Part shown: positions 1 to 9,136 of the stretch, piece after piece
How the letters are laid out: the number at the start of each line of letters is the position of its first letter
Numbering within the stretch: position 1 is the first letter of the stretch
Assembly (NCBI GenBank): GCA_963809895.1
Contig: CAWELD010000003.1
Location: 2,304,001 to 2,368,000 of the forward strand
DNA: 64,000 bases
Reading direction: 5' to 3'
Source of the DNA: an uncultured Gemmatimonadales bacterium
Lineage (GTDB): Bacteria; Gemmatimonadota; Gemmatimonadetes; Longimicrobiales; Gaopeijiaceae
Program-made: the position numbers and the translations under genes
The notes under the pieces: generated by a model
What the model was told of the DNA's origin: nothing
Seen by the model: the letters and a program-made list of their open reading frames with translations, nothing else
The model's database searches: none

Positions 1-704
1 CGGGAATCAAGTTGCTGGACGTGCCCTCGGCGGTGGACCGCAGCCAGGGAGACGTGCACATCTACGGCAATCCCCACGTCCACACCGACCCGCTGCGCGC
101 CCTCCAGGTGGCGCGCAACATCACCACCGGCCTCAACCGGGTGGCCCCCGATCGCTCCCAGACCTGGAACGACGGCCTGGCGCGTTTCCAGGATCGGATC
201 TACCGGGCCACCTTCGGCGACCGTCTCGTGGAGCTCATCGGCGGCGAGACGCTGGAGCAGCTGGCGCTGGCGGGCAACCTGCACAGCTTCCTCGACGGCC
301 AACAGTACGAAGGCCATCCGCTGTCGCAGGAGCTGGGTGGCTGGCTCGGCAAGATGGCGCCCTATCGGGGCCGTCACATGATCTGCTACCACAAGAACTG
401 GGCCTACCTGCAGGAGCGCTTCGACCTCACCTGCACCGAGTACGTGGAGGCCAAGCCGGGCATCCCCCCGACACCACGCCACGTGGCGCGACTCATCGAG
501 CTGATGCAGGCGCAGAACATCAAGGTCATCCTGGCCGCGTCGTACTTCAGCCGGAACAAGGTGGAAACCGTGGCGGACCGCGGCGGCGCGACGGCGGTCA
601 TCGTGCCCATGGAGCCCGGCGGCAGCGTGAACACCCCCGACTACTTCTCGTTGGTGGACCACTGGGTCGATGGCCTGACCACGGCGTTCGCCGGCACCTC
701 CTGA
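1..704 (+). CDS. Metal (Zn/Mn) ABC transporter substrate-binding protein, ZnuA/TroA family; 5'-truncated by the window edge
   Basis: The frame is open from nt 3. It carries the motifs GDVHIYGNPHVHTDP, YHKNWAY and EAKPGIPPTPRH typical of cluster A-I SBPs, and is followed by a ZnuB-like permease. Confidence 0.85.
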   Translation, partial: GIKLLDVPSAVDRSQGDVHIYGNPHVHTDPLRALQVARNITTGLNRVAPDRSQTWNDGLARFQDRIYRATFGDRLVELIGGETLEQLALAGNLHSFLDGQQYEGHPLSQELGGWLGKMAPYRGRHMICYHKNWAYLQERFDLTCTEYVEAKPGIPPTPRHVARLIELMQAQNIKVILAASYFSRNKVETVADRGGATAVIVPMEPGGSVNTPDYFSLVDHWVDGLTTAFAGTS

Positions 705-725
705 CCCGCTGACACGGACCGTCCC

Positions 726-1574
726 ATGCTCCAGCTCATGATCACCCCGTTGTGCGCGTCCATGGTCATCCTGTTGATCCACGCGTACTTCGGGCTCCAC
801 GTCATCCAGCGGGAAGTGATCTTCGTGGACCTCGCCCTGGCCCAGATCGCGGCGCTGGGCGGCACGGTGGCCTTTCTCCTGGGATCTCAGCCGGGCTCGG
901 CCTCGGCCTACGTCTGGAGCTTCGGCTTCACCCTTCTGGGCGCGCTCATCTTCTCGTGGACGCGCCTCGAGGACTCCCCCGTTCCCCAGGAGGCCCTCAT
1001 CGGCATCACCTACGTGGTGGCGTCGGCCGCGGTGATCCTGGTGTCGAGCTTCACCGCCGAGGGCGCCGAGCACCTGCAGGAGACGCTCACGGGATCGCTC
1101 ATCTGGGTGACCTGGCCCACGGTGTTCAAGATCGCCGCGCTCTACGCAGCCGTGGGACTGTTCCACTTCTTCCTCAGGCGGAAGTTCCTGGCCATCTCCT
1201 TCCACCCGGAGCAGGAGCGCCACATCCACCTGTGGGATTTCATCTTCTACGCCACCTTCGGGATCGTGATCACGGCGGCCGTGCAGATCGCCGGCGTGCT
1301 CATGGTGTTCAGCTCGCTGGTCATCCCGGCGGTGGTGGCCTTCTTCTACGTGCGCACCTTCCGGGCGGCCATCCTCATGGCCTTCGCCACCGGCACGGTG
1401 GCGGTCTTCCTGGGACTGGCGGTGTCGTTCAGCATGGACCTGACCACCGGACCGGTCATCGTGTGCGCCTTCGGATTCGTGCTCCTGGTGGCGCTCCTCT
1501 TCCGCAAGCGCTTCGGCGTGGTGCTCAAGGAAGGCGACCGCCGGGGCCTGACGGTGCGGGGCTTCGAGATCTGA
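726..1574 (+). CDS. Metal ABC transporter permease, ZnuB/MntB (ABC-3) family
   Basis: Highly hydrophobic 282 aa with GLHVIQREVIFVDLALAQIAALG, EALIGITY and GVLMVFSSLVIPA; lies 21 bp after the SBP gene. Confidence 0.85.
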   Translation: MLQLMITPLCASMVILLIHAYFGLHVIQREVIFVDLALAQIAALGGTVAFLLGSQPGSASAYVWSFGFTLLGALIFSWTRLEDSPVPQEALIGITYVVASAAVILVSSFTAEGAEHLQETLTGSLIWVTWPTVFKIAALYAAVGLFHFFLRRKFLAISFHPEQERHIHLWDFIFYATFGIVITAAVQIAGVLMVFSSLVIPAVVAFFYVRTFRAAILMAFATGTVAVFLGLAVSFSMDLTTGPVIVCAFGFVLLVALLFRKRFGVVLKEGDRRGLTVRGFEI

Positions 1575-1599
1575 CGAACGCGACTGCGGCGACCATGGT

Positions 1600-1632
1600 G
1601 CCCGCCCGCCCGCATCGACGCGGCGGGCGGGC
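1600..1632. terminator. GC-rich hairpin between convergent genes
   Basis: GCCCGCCCGCCCGC-ATCGAC-GCGGCGGGCGGGC between the permease stop and the nfo stop; no U-tract. Confidence 0.45.
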
Positions 1633-1637
1633 CCGGC

Positions 1638-2537
1638 TCACCCGGTCCGGAAGCTCCGCAACAGCCTCAGGTTCCCCAGATCCGCGGCCACCGGGTCGTC
1701 GCCCTTGGGCGTTTCCAGGACCTTGGGGACGGTGGCGAAACGCGGGTCCGTCATCAGACGCCTGAAGGGAGCCTCACCCAGCGTTCCCTGTCCGATGCCG
1801 GCGTGGCGGTCCCTGCGCGACCCCAGCGGATGCACCGAGTCGTTGAGGTGGAAGAGCCCCACGCTCTCCAGCGGCAGGTGGTCCTGGAAGGCCATCCACA
1901 CGCCCTCCCAGTCGTCCACGAGGTCGTAGCCGGCGGCGTAGGCGTGACAGGTGTCGACGCACACGCCCACGCGAGCACGCAGGGGCTCGCGCACGCCCGC
2001 GAGGATGGTCGCCAGATCCTGGAAGCGTCCGCCCACGCTGGTCCCCGAGCCGGCCGTGAGCTCCAGCAGCACCCGGGCGGCGCCGGGAACCGCCTCCAGC
2101 GCCCGTTCCACGCCCTCCGCATTGCGCGCGAGACCCGATGCGTGGTCACCGTCGGTGGCGTTGCCCGGATGGGTGACCAGGAAATCGAGCTCCAGCCTGG
2201 CGCATCGATGGAGCTCGGCCTGGAAGCTGGCCAGCGACCGGCGCCACAGGACGGGGTCGGGGCTCGCCAGGTTGATCAGGTAGGAGTCGTGGCTGCCGCA
2301 CACCACCATGCGCTGGCGTGCACGCTCGGCCGCAAAACGCTCCACCATGTCGTCGCCGAGCCGTGGCTCGGCCCAGCGGTTGGGCTGCTTGGTGAAGAGC
2401 TGGAGCACGACCGCGTCGATGTCCCGCGCCCGGCCCGGAGCGCGGTCCACACCCCCGGCGGCAGACACGTGGGCACCGAGCTCGTCTGCCGGAGCAGAAG
2501 GGATCGCGGCGTCCGGTGGAGAATTCGTCACTGGCAT
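1638..2537 (-). CDS. nfo: Endonuclease IV (deoxyribonuclease IV)
   Basis: LGAHVS, HDSYLINLAS, HPG, LLELTAG, CVDTCH, HLNDS, RDRHAGIGQG and LETPK Zn-ligand motifs. Start moved from the ORF-track 2633 to ATG 2537. Confidence 0.93.
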   Translation of the reverse strand: MPVTNSPPDAAIPSAPADELGAHVSAAGGVDRAPGRARDIDAVVLQLFTKQPNRWAEPRLGDDMVERFAAERARQRMVVCGSHDSYLINLASPDPVLWRRSLASFQAELHRCARLELDFLVTHPGNATDGDHASGLARNAEGVERALEAVPGAARVLLELTAGSGTSVGGRFQDLATILAGVREPLRARVGVCVDTCHAYAAGYDLVDDWEGVWMAFQDHLPLESVGLFHLNDSVHPLGSRRDRHAGIGQGTLGEAPFRRLMTDPRFATVPKVLETPKGDDPVAADLGNLRLLRSFRTG

Positions 2538-2563
2538 CCTGCCCGAAAGGAGGTCATTCGAGT

Positions 2564-2665
2564 CGGCAAATATTGCCGGCCGTGGTACGAGATTGCCGGC
2601 CGCGGCCCGGAAAGCCCCCGGGAATGCGGCCAAACCCGGGGGCGGTCAGCCGGCACGCGTCTTGA
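2564..2665 (+). promoter_or_regulatory. Putative sigma-54-like promoter with upstream palindrome and direct repeat
   Basis: Palindrome CGGCAA-ATA-TTGCCG (2564-2578); ATTGCCGGCCGYGG at 2572 and 2592; CGGCACG-N4-TTGA (2651-2665) with GG-N10-GA spacing. Confidence 0.4.
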
Positions 2666-2747
2666 GGGGTGAGCAGGTCCCGATCCGAAAAGCGGATCAC
2701 AGAGCAGCCCCAACCCCCAGGCCACACGAACGCCGGAGGACCCCCCG

Positions 2748-3188
2748 ATGCGCCCATCGTTCCGTCTCTGCGCTGACGGCTTCATCGATCTTCGCGATCG
2801 ACGCCGTGTCAAGACTCCGGGGGCCTTCGAATCCAGGGTCGAGCCGGCCGTGGAGTCCGAGGCCGTGGCCTTCCTTCTGTCCCACAGCTTCCCGGGCCAC
2901 CGGCGCGTCGTTCGACCGCTTTCCGAGTCGAACCGCCGGCATCTGCGCCTGGCCATGTGGGCGGACTCGGTCCAGGAGCGCATGAACCTCGCCGACCGGG
3001 TCTGGCGCAGCATCACGGAACCCGTGCCGCCGCCCCCCGAGGGCCGGAGCCCCATGCTCATCCAGGTCCTCCGGTACGGGGACCGCAGCTATCCCCTCTA
3101 TCTGGACGAACGCGTCACCCGGGTCATTCCCCCGGGCGGAGTGCCGGCGGAGCGAGACGCTCCGGCCCTGGACCTCAAGACCGCCTGA
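2748..3188 (+). CDS. Hypothetical protein, 146 aa
   Basis: GGAGG RBS before the ATG; fills the gap between nfo and fumC; followed by strong hairpins; no family recognised. Confidence 0.7.
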   Translation: MRPSFRLCADGFIDLRDRRRVKTPGAFESRVEPAVESEAVAFLLSHSFPGHRRVVRPLSESNRRHLRLAMWADSVQERMNLADRVWRSITEPVPPPPEGRSPMLIQVLRYGDRSYPLYLDERVTRVIPPGGVPAERDAPALDLKTA

Positions 3189-3191
3189 TCG

Positions 3192-3298
3192 TTCAGGCTC
3201 GAGGGGGATGGGAGGGGCGGACCGGTCTCGAGTGAGCCGGTCCGCCCCCCTGAATCGCTACTGGAGACGGGTCCGGGGGCCATGCCCACGGGCCCGTC
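3192..3298. terminator. Two tandem GC hairpins between convergent genes
   Basis: GGGGCGGACCGG (3214-3225) pairs with CCGGTCCGCCCC (3237-3248); a second stem GACGGGTCCG...CGGGCCCGTC spans about 3266-3298. Confidence 0.55.
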
Positions 3299-3301
3299 CC
3301 G

Positions 3302-4690
3302 TCATTCCGGCAGCCCCGGCTCCGTCATGCCACGCACGTCGAGAGCCTCGTCGAGCTTCTCGGGAGGGAGCAGCCCCCGCTCCTTGACCACGTCCCGCAC
3401 CGAACGCCCCTCCCTGGCCGCCTGCTTGGCCACCTCCGACGCCTTGTCGTAGCCGATGAAGGGGTTCAGCGCCGTGGCGATGGAGGGGTTCTTTTCCAGC
3501 AGGTCGCGGCAGCGCTCCTCGTTGGCGGTGATACCCACCACGCAGCGGTCGGTGAACGCCTGACAGGCGCCGGCCAGCAGGTGGATCGACTCGAGGAGCG
3601 CCTGCGCCATCACCGGCATCATGACGTTGAGCTCGAAGTTCCCGCGCTGGCCGGCCACGGTGATGGTGGTGTGGTTTCCCATGACCCGGGCGCACACCAT
3701 CATGAGCGCCTCGCTCATCACCGGATTCACTTTGCCCGGCATGATGGAGCTTCCGGGCTGCACGGCGGGCAGCCGGATCTCCGAGATCCCCGAAGTGGGC
3801 CCCGACGAGAGCCAGCGCACGTCGTCGGCGATCTTCATGAGCCCCGTGGCCAGGGCGTTGAGCGCGCCCGAGGCGCTGACCACCGCGTCCTTCGCGGCCT
3901 GGGCCTCGAAGTGGTTCTCCGCCTCGTGGAAGTGCATGCCCGTGGCCTGCGCGAGCCGGGCGATGGTCTTGGCCGCGAAGCGCGGGTGCGTGTTGATGCC
4001 GGTCCCGGTGGCGGTGCCCCCCAGCGCCAGCTCCTCCAGCTCCTCTCCGGCGCGCCGCACCCGCGCCATCCCCCGGCGTACCTGCTGGGCATAGCCTCCG
4101 AACTCCTGGCCGAGCCGCACCGGGGTGGCATCCATGAGGTGCGTGCGCCCCGACTTGACGATGCCGTCGAAGGCGGCGGCCTTGGCCTCCAACGCCCTGG
4201 CCAGGGCCTCGAGAGCGGGCACCAGCTCCTCCTGGACGGCGACCCGAGCGGACACGTGCATGGCCGTGGGGATCACGTCGTTGGAGGACTGGCCGAAGTT
4301 CACGTGATCGTTGGGATGGACCGTGCCGTCACCCTCCAGCAGCTCGGTGGCTCGGTGCGCGATCACCTCGTTGGCGTTCATGTTCGTGGAGGTGCCGGAC
4401 CCGGTCTGGTAGATGTCCAGCACGAACTGGTCGTCCCAGCGCCCGTCGGCGACCTCGCCGGCCGCGGCCACGATGGCCTCGGCCACCGCCTCGTCCACGA
4501 GCCCCAACTCCCGGTTGGTTTCTGCGGCGGACCTCTTGATCAGGCCCAGCGCCTGGATGAAGCGCCGGCCGAAGCGCTGGCCGCTGATGGGGAAGTTCTC
4601 GAACGCCCGCTGGGTCTGGGCGGCGTAGAGCGCGTCGGCCGGGACCTTCACTTCGCCCAGCGAGTCCTTCTCGATGCGATAGTCGCTCAT
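3302..4690 (-). CDS. fumC: Fumarate hydratase class II
   Basis: GSSIMPGKVNP signature plus QTGSGTSTNMNANE, HPNDHVN, SSNDVIPTAMH, GRTHLMDATP and GNFELNVM. Aspartase cannot be fully excluded. Confidence 0.88.
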   Translation of the reverse strand: MSDYRIEKDSLGEVKVPADALYAAQTQRAFENFPISGQRFGRRFIQALGLIKRSAAETNRELGLVDEAVAEAIVAAAGEVADGRWDDQFVLDIYQTGSGTSTNMNANEVIAHRATELLEGDGTVHPNDHVNFGQSSNDVIPTAMHVSARVAVQEELVPALEALARALEAKAAAFDGIVKSGRTHLMDATPVRLGQEFGGYAQQVRRGMARVRRAGEELEELALGGTATGTGINTHPRFAAKTIARLAQATGMHFHEAENHFEAQAAKDAVVSASGALNALATGLMKIADDVRWLSSGPTSGISEIRLPAVQPGSSIMPGKVNPVMSEALMMVCARVMGNHTTITVAGQRGNFELNVMMPVMAQALLESIHLLAGACQAFTDRCVVGITANEERCRDLLEKNPSIATALNPFIGYDKASEVAKQAAREGRSVRDVVKERGLLPPEKLDEALDVRGMTEPGLPE

Positions 4691-4795
4691 GATTCGACGA
4701 CCTTATTGCGTGAAGTCACGGAGGGTCGGACTCCTGAAAGTGCCGCGCCCGGCGACCGGGGTAAAGGCGGAGCGAGGGCGGACCCGCATACGGTC

Positions 4796-5431
4796 TCACG
4801 CCGCCGCGATGCTCAGCCACCAGAGGACGGCACCGCAGGCCAGCGGCACGGTGAGGTTGTCGTCGAGGCCCAACGGGAGCACCTCCACCGCGGCGGCGGC
4901 GAGCGCGGCCAGCGCCGCCGCCCCCAGACCCACCTGCGGCCACAGCACCAGGAGCGCGACCCCGATGAAGGTGGCGGTGCCCAGCACGCTCCCCTTGCCC
5001 AGTCTCGTGCGGCCGCGCGTCCGGCCCACCACGCTGGCCGCCGGATCGGCCAGCGCCAGCACGGTGAGGGCCGGGGTCGCCACGGTGGCGGAGAACGCGG
5101 ACCAGGTGCCCAGCGCGCCCACGACGAACCAGGTGGACGAAGCGACGTGGCCGGCCTCGCGGGGCGAAGCGAGCGAGGAAAAAACGCGAAAGAAGACCGT
5201 GTTCAACCGGCGAGACCTCAGGCGCACCCCATCGGCCAGCAGCGCCACGAGAGCCGCCACCGCCAGCCCCGTCACGGTCACCCGACGGTCCAGACCCAGA
5301 GCCGGCGGCAGGAAGGCCACCAGGAGTCCGAAGCAGGCGTGGAGCGCCCGCCTCCAGGGCTGGACGCCCTCGGTGCGGCGGACCAGGGCGTCGAGCTCGG
5401 GCTCCTCCACGAACCCATGGGTTGTGCTCAT
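4796..5431 (-). CDS. CTP-dependent polyprenol/phytol/diacylglycerol kinase family membrane protein (SEC59/VTE5/DGK1-like)
   Basis: RRALH, LALADPAASVVG, GKGSVLG and DDNLTVPL motifs; multiple TM segments; start re-picked at ATG 5431. Confidence 0.78.
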   Translation of the reverse strand: MSTTHGFVEEPELDALVRRTEGVQPWRRALHACFGLLVAFLPPALGLDRRVTVTGLAVAALVALLADGVRLRSRRLNTVFFRVFSSLASPREAGHVASSTWFVVGALGTWSAFSATVATPALTVLALADPAASVVGRTRGRTRLGKGSVLGTATFIGVALLVLWPQVGLGAAALAALAAAAVEVLPLGLDDNLTVPLACGAVLWWLSIAAA

Positions 5432-5590
5432 GGTCCGACAAGGTAGAGCTTCCCGACGAGGCCTGACCACCGCCGTCCTCGAGATGGACACCGCATCGTT
5501 ACAGAACCGTCACCGAACCCCGCTGGCCCTGGGGTAGACTGGACGCGAGCGGGGCGCTCACCGCTCCGCCCCCCCGGCGGGAGGTGATAC

Positions 5591-6115
5591 ATGACCACAT
5601 GGATTCTGCGCCTGGGAGCCTTCGACGAGCGGCTCCTGCAGCTGGTCGTCGACCGGCGACACCCGCGGCTCGACGCGTTCATGCGCGCGGTGACCCGGCT
5701 CGCCGACTGGCCGGTGGCCGTCGCCATGACGCTGACGGTGGCTTTCGGCGCCCTGCCCGGCCTGCAGTCCGCAGGCGTGCGCGCGGCGTGGACGCTGGCC
5801 CTCGGTCACGCCGCCGTGGAGGTGCTCAAGCGCGTCTTCACCCGCGAGCGGCCCCGGCTGCCCGTGGGGATCGGATGGCTGGTGGGGGTGCCCGACCGCT
5901 TCAGCTTCCCCAGCGGCCACGCCACGGCCGGCATGTCCATGGCGCTGCCCCTGGCGCTGGCGCTGCCCGTTCCCGTAGGCGCGGCGGTCCTGGCGCTCGG
6001 CGTGCTGGTGGGCGTCTCCCGCTGCTATCTCGGGGTGCACTACCCCGGTGACGTGGCCGCCGGCTGGGCGCTGTCGGCCACGATCCTGTCGGCAGGCGTC
6101 GCCCTGGGGCTCTGA
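5591..6115 (+). CDS. PAP2 family lipid phosphatase
   Basis: C1 KRVFTRERP, C2 SFPSGH and C3 SRCYLGVHYPGD motifs; GGAGGTG RBS. Confidence 0.92.
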   Translation: MTTWILRLGAFDERLLQLVVDRRHPRLDAFMRAVTRLADWPVAVAMTLTVAFGALPGLQSAGVRAAWTLALGHAAVEVLKRVFTRERPRLPVGIGWLVGVPDRFSFPSGHATAGMSMALPLALALPVPVGAAVLALGVLVGVSRCYLGVHYPGDVAAGWALSATILSAGVALGL

Positions 6116-6139
6116 CCCGGACCGTCTACACCCGGCGAC

Positions 6140-7417
6140 TCAGCCGCAGGTGGACTGACTCGGTTCCGGCGGCGGGCTGTCCGCCGTAGGGTCTCCGACG
6201 AGCCCGAGAAAGAGGATCGTGCCCGACAGCCGCTCACGGAGGGCGAAGACGAAGGGTCGGTCCACGATCAGCCCGAGGAACGACGTCACTCTGGTGCCCA
6301 CGGCGGTGGCAGCCGCCGCACGGGTGCCCGCCTCGTCCACCTCGATGAAGGTCTTCTGGCGCACGAAGTCGATGCAGAGCCGATCACCCGCGGGTGACAT
6401 GCCGGTGAAGTCCGCCTGGCCCGTGAACGCCACGCCCATTCCCATGTCCCGCAGCGCGTCGTTCAGATACGTGTCGAACGTGAGCTCGAAGCGCGGCAGC
6501 GCCAGCTCGTCGACCTCCGTAGTGTGGAGCGAGCCCAGAACCTCGGACCATCTGGCCTCGTCCAGCCCCGCCGCGAAGTCCGCCGCAGTGGCCGGATCGT
6601 TCGGCACCACCACGAGCATGGCGTACGCCCCACCGCCGTACGGCAACTCGGCGGCCTGATAGCCGGGGCCGTCACCGAGCCCGATGTCGGCATTCTGCAA
6701 CGACATCATGTCGACGCTCACCGTGGAGCCGTCGGCCCGATGGAAGGCCTGCTGGCGGGTGTCGTCCGGATCGAAGCGCTCCGTCCAACGGCCGTCGAAG
6801 TAGATGGCGTTCAGCAGCACCATCACCTGATCCTGGTCGAGGTCGTCCAGGATCCGGGGGATGTAGCCCCCGGTGTGCTCGTCGACCCAGTCGTTGATGT
6901 CCACCAGCGTCTGGGGGTCGCCGAAGTCGGCGGATTCGGCTTCCGCGTCGAAGGCGCCACCCACCGTCTCGAAGAAGCTGTCGTGAAAGACGAAGTCCTC
7001 GTTGGCCCACAGCGCGTTGGCGATGCGGAAGTCCACTTCGGGATCGAGCCCGCGCAAGAGATCGATGAGCCCCCGGTACGAGGTGTTGATCTCCTCCTGC
7101 GACAGACCCTCGAAGCCCAGGGCCGCGCGCATGGCGGTGAAGGTCTCCCCGGCCGCGCCGTTGAGGGTCATGCCCAGCGCCATGGAAGCGCTCAGGGGCG
7201 AGAGCACCACGTTGGGTCGCCCGTCGCTGGCCACCACGCGGCGCAAGAGCTCGAGGCCGAAGCCGTTGGAACGCGCCAGGAGCTCGCTCTCGGCCGCGGT
7301 CAGCGGTCGGGGAAGCTCGTCGATGGGCTCCGAGCCGGGGCCGGTGGCATCGCCACAGGCGCTTGCGAGGATCGAGAGCGCGGCCACGGCGGCCGCGGCG
7401 AGGGCATGACGTGACAC
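6140..7417 (-). CDS. Serpin family protein, predicted lipoprotein
   Basis: NVVLSPLS, LLNAIYFDGRW, hinge EVDEAGTRAAAAT and VDRPFVF motifs; GTG 7417 with GGGAGG RBS; lipobox LASA-C. Confidence 0.92.
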   Translation of the reverse strand: MSRHALAAAAVAALSILASACGDATGPGSEPIDELPRPLTAAESELLARSNGFGLELLRRVVASDGRPNVVLSPLSASMALGMTLNGAAGETFTAMRAALGFEGLSQEEINTSYRGLIDLLRGLDPEVDFRIANALWANEDFVFHDSFFETVGGAFDAEAESADFGDPQTLVDINDWVDEHTGGYIPRILDDLDQDQVMVLLNAIYFDGRWTERFDPDDTRQQAFHRADGSTVSVDMMSLQNADIGLGDGPGYQAAELPYGGGAYAMLVVVPNDPATAADFAAGLDEARWSEVLGSLHTTEVDELALPRFELTFDTYLNDALRDMGMGVAFTGQADFTGMSPAGDRLCIDFVRQKTFIEVDEAGTRAAAATAVGTRVTSFLGLIVDRPFVFALRERLSGTILFLGLVGDPTADSPPPEPSQSTCG

Positions 7418-7510
7418 GGAATCCTCCCTGCGAGGGACGAGCGCTGTCGAAGTGGGAACGATCGAGCCGCCGCCCCGGTGACGGTGCGACGGTCGCGTGC
7501 CCATCCAGCG

Positions 7511-8257
7511 TCAGCGCCTCGGAGGCCTGGTCGGGCGCATCTCCACGCGGCTCACCAGGGCGCCCGTGGGATAGGTCAGAAGGTGGAGCACCGCACGCCC
7601 CACGTCGTCGGCGGCCAGGGCCCACGTCCGGCCACCGTCGTGGGTACCGAACGAGGTGTCCACGCTGCCCGGCATGATGATGGCGGTGCGGATACCCTCG
7701 TAGCGCAAGTCGATCATCATGGCCTCGGTCATGCCCAGGAGCCCGAACTTGCTGGCATTGTACCCCGACCCTCCACCGAAGCTGTTGCGGCTCGCCAGCG
7801 ACCCGATGTTGACGATCCAGGCGTCCCCTTCTCCACCGGCGCCGGCCTTCGTGAGGTGGGGGAGGGCGGCCTTGGACATGTGGAAGACGCCGTGGAGGTT
7901 GGTCTCCACCTGGGCGAGCCAGTCCTCGGCGGACATCTCCTGAAAGGGCTTGAAGATGCCGATGCCGGCATTGTTCACCAGGATATCCAGCCGTCCGAAG
8001 CGATCCACCGTGGCATCGACGAGGTCGCGGCAGGAGTCGGGATCGCGGACATCGCAGGCGAAGCCCGCCACGCCGCCGCCCTGCTCACCTCCGGCCTGGC
8101 CCGCCGCGTCCTCGGCGCGGCTCCGATCCCGCGAGGTGAGCGCCACCGAGATGCCGGCGCCGGCCAGGGTCTCGACGACGGCCCGCCCGATTCCCTCCGA
8201 GCCGCCGGTCACCACCGCCACGCGTCCTTTCAGCTCTGTCGCTCCGGTGCTGGTCAT
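7511..8257 (-). CDS. SDR family oxidoreductase
   Basis: TGGSEGIG, NNAG and YNASK motifs; AGGAG RBS upstream of ATG 8257. Confidence 0.9.
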   Translation of the reverse strand: MTSTGATELKGRVAVVTGGSEGIGRAVVETLAGAGISVALTSRDRSRAEDAAGQAGGEQGGGVAGFACDVRDPDSCRDLVDATVDRFGRLDILVNNAGIGIFKPFQEMSAEDWLAQVETNLHGVFHMSKAALPHLTKAGAGGEGDAWIVNIGSLASRNSFGGGSGYNASKFGLLGMTEAMMIDLRYEGIRTAIIMPGSVDTSFGTHDGGRTWALAADDVGRAVLHLLTYPTGALVSRVEMRPTRPPRR

Positions 8258-8399
8258 GGTGCATCGCACTCCTGATCGTCGGATCGTACACTGAGGGGGC
8301 CGCGTCGGGAACGCCGACGCAGTCCGTCGGTACGCAACCCCGTCGGGGCCAGGCAGTTCCGGGGCTCCGGCGCCCATTCCACGACACGGGAGTCCTGAT

Positions 8400-9122
8400 T
8401 TGCGGCGAGTCGCGCTGGTCACCGGGGGAGCCGTTCGGGTGGGCCGCGCCATCACCCTGGGGCTGGCCGATGCCGGCTACGACGTGGTGGTCCACTACCA
8501 CGCCTCCGCCGCGCCGGCGCGAGAAGTGTGCCGGGAGGTGGAGGCGCTGGGGCGCCGCGCGGTGGCGGTGCAGGGCGACCTAGCAGGCAGCGAGGGGGCG
8601 GAAGCGGTGGTCCGGGCCGCCGCCGAGGCCTACGGGAGGCTGGATCTACTGGTGAACAGCGCAGCCTCGTTCGAGTCGCGTCCACTCCTGGACGTGGACG
8701 AAGCGGAGTGGGATCGGGTGATGGCGCTGAACCTCAAGGGGCCGTTCCTGCTGGTGAAGGCGGCGGCCACGCTCCTGCGCGAGGCCCGGGGCTCGGTGGT
8801 GAACATCCTGGATCTGTCGGCCTTCCAGCCGTGGGTCGACTACCCCCACCATGCGGTCTCCAAGGCCGGCCTGCTCCACCTCACGCGGATTCTGGCGCGG
8901 GTCCTGGCCCCGCACGTGCGGGTCAACGGCATCGCGCCGGGCACGGTCCTGCCGCCGGAGGAGTTCGACGACGCCCAGCGGGAGCGGGAGAAGGAGCGCA
9001 CGCTGGTCGGGGAGCTGGGCACACCGCAGGACGTGGTCCGCACCGTACTCTTCCTCACCGCCTCACCCTTCATCACCGGAGAGGTCGTGGTGGTGGACGG
9101 AGGGCGCCGGCTGAACGGCTGA
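8400..9122 (+). CDS. SDR oxidoreductase, pteridine reductase/FolM-like
   Basis: TGGAVRVG (Arg typical of the PTR1/FolM group), VVVHYH, NSAASF, RVNGIAPG and VDGG; TTG start with GGAG RBS. Confidence 0.8.
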   Translation: MRRVALVTGGAVRVGRAITLGLADAGYDVVVHYHASAAPAREVCREVEALGRRAVAVQGDLAGSEGAEAVVRAAAEAYGRLDLLVNSAASFESRPLLDVDEAEWDRVMALNLKGPFLLVKAAATLLREARGSVVNILDLSAFQPWVDYPHHAVSKAGLLHLTRILARVLAPHVRVNGIAPGTVLPPEEFDDAQREREKERTLVGELGTPQDVVRTVLFLTASPFITGEVVVVDGGRRLNG

Positions 9123-9136
9123 CGCCTCGCCCCACC

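Noticed and set aside
1..1574. Metal ABC transporter apparently missing its ATPase
   Set aside because: The operon is cut by the left window edge, so the ATPase may lie upstream.
2583..2596. TGGTACGAGATTGC as a sigma-54 promoter
   Set aside because: GG-to-GC spacing is 9 rather than the required 10, and it overlaps the direct repeat.
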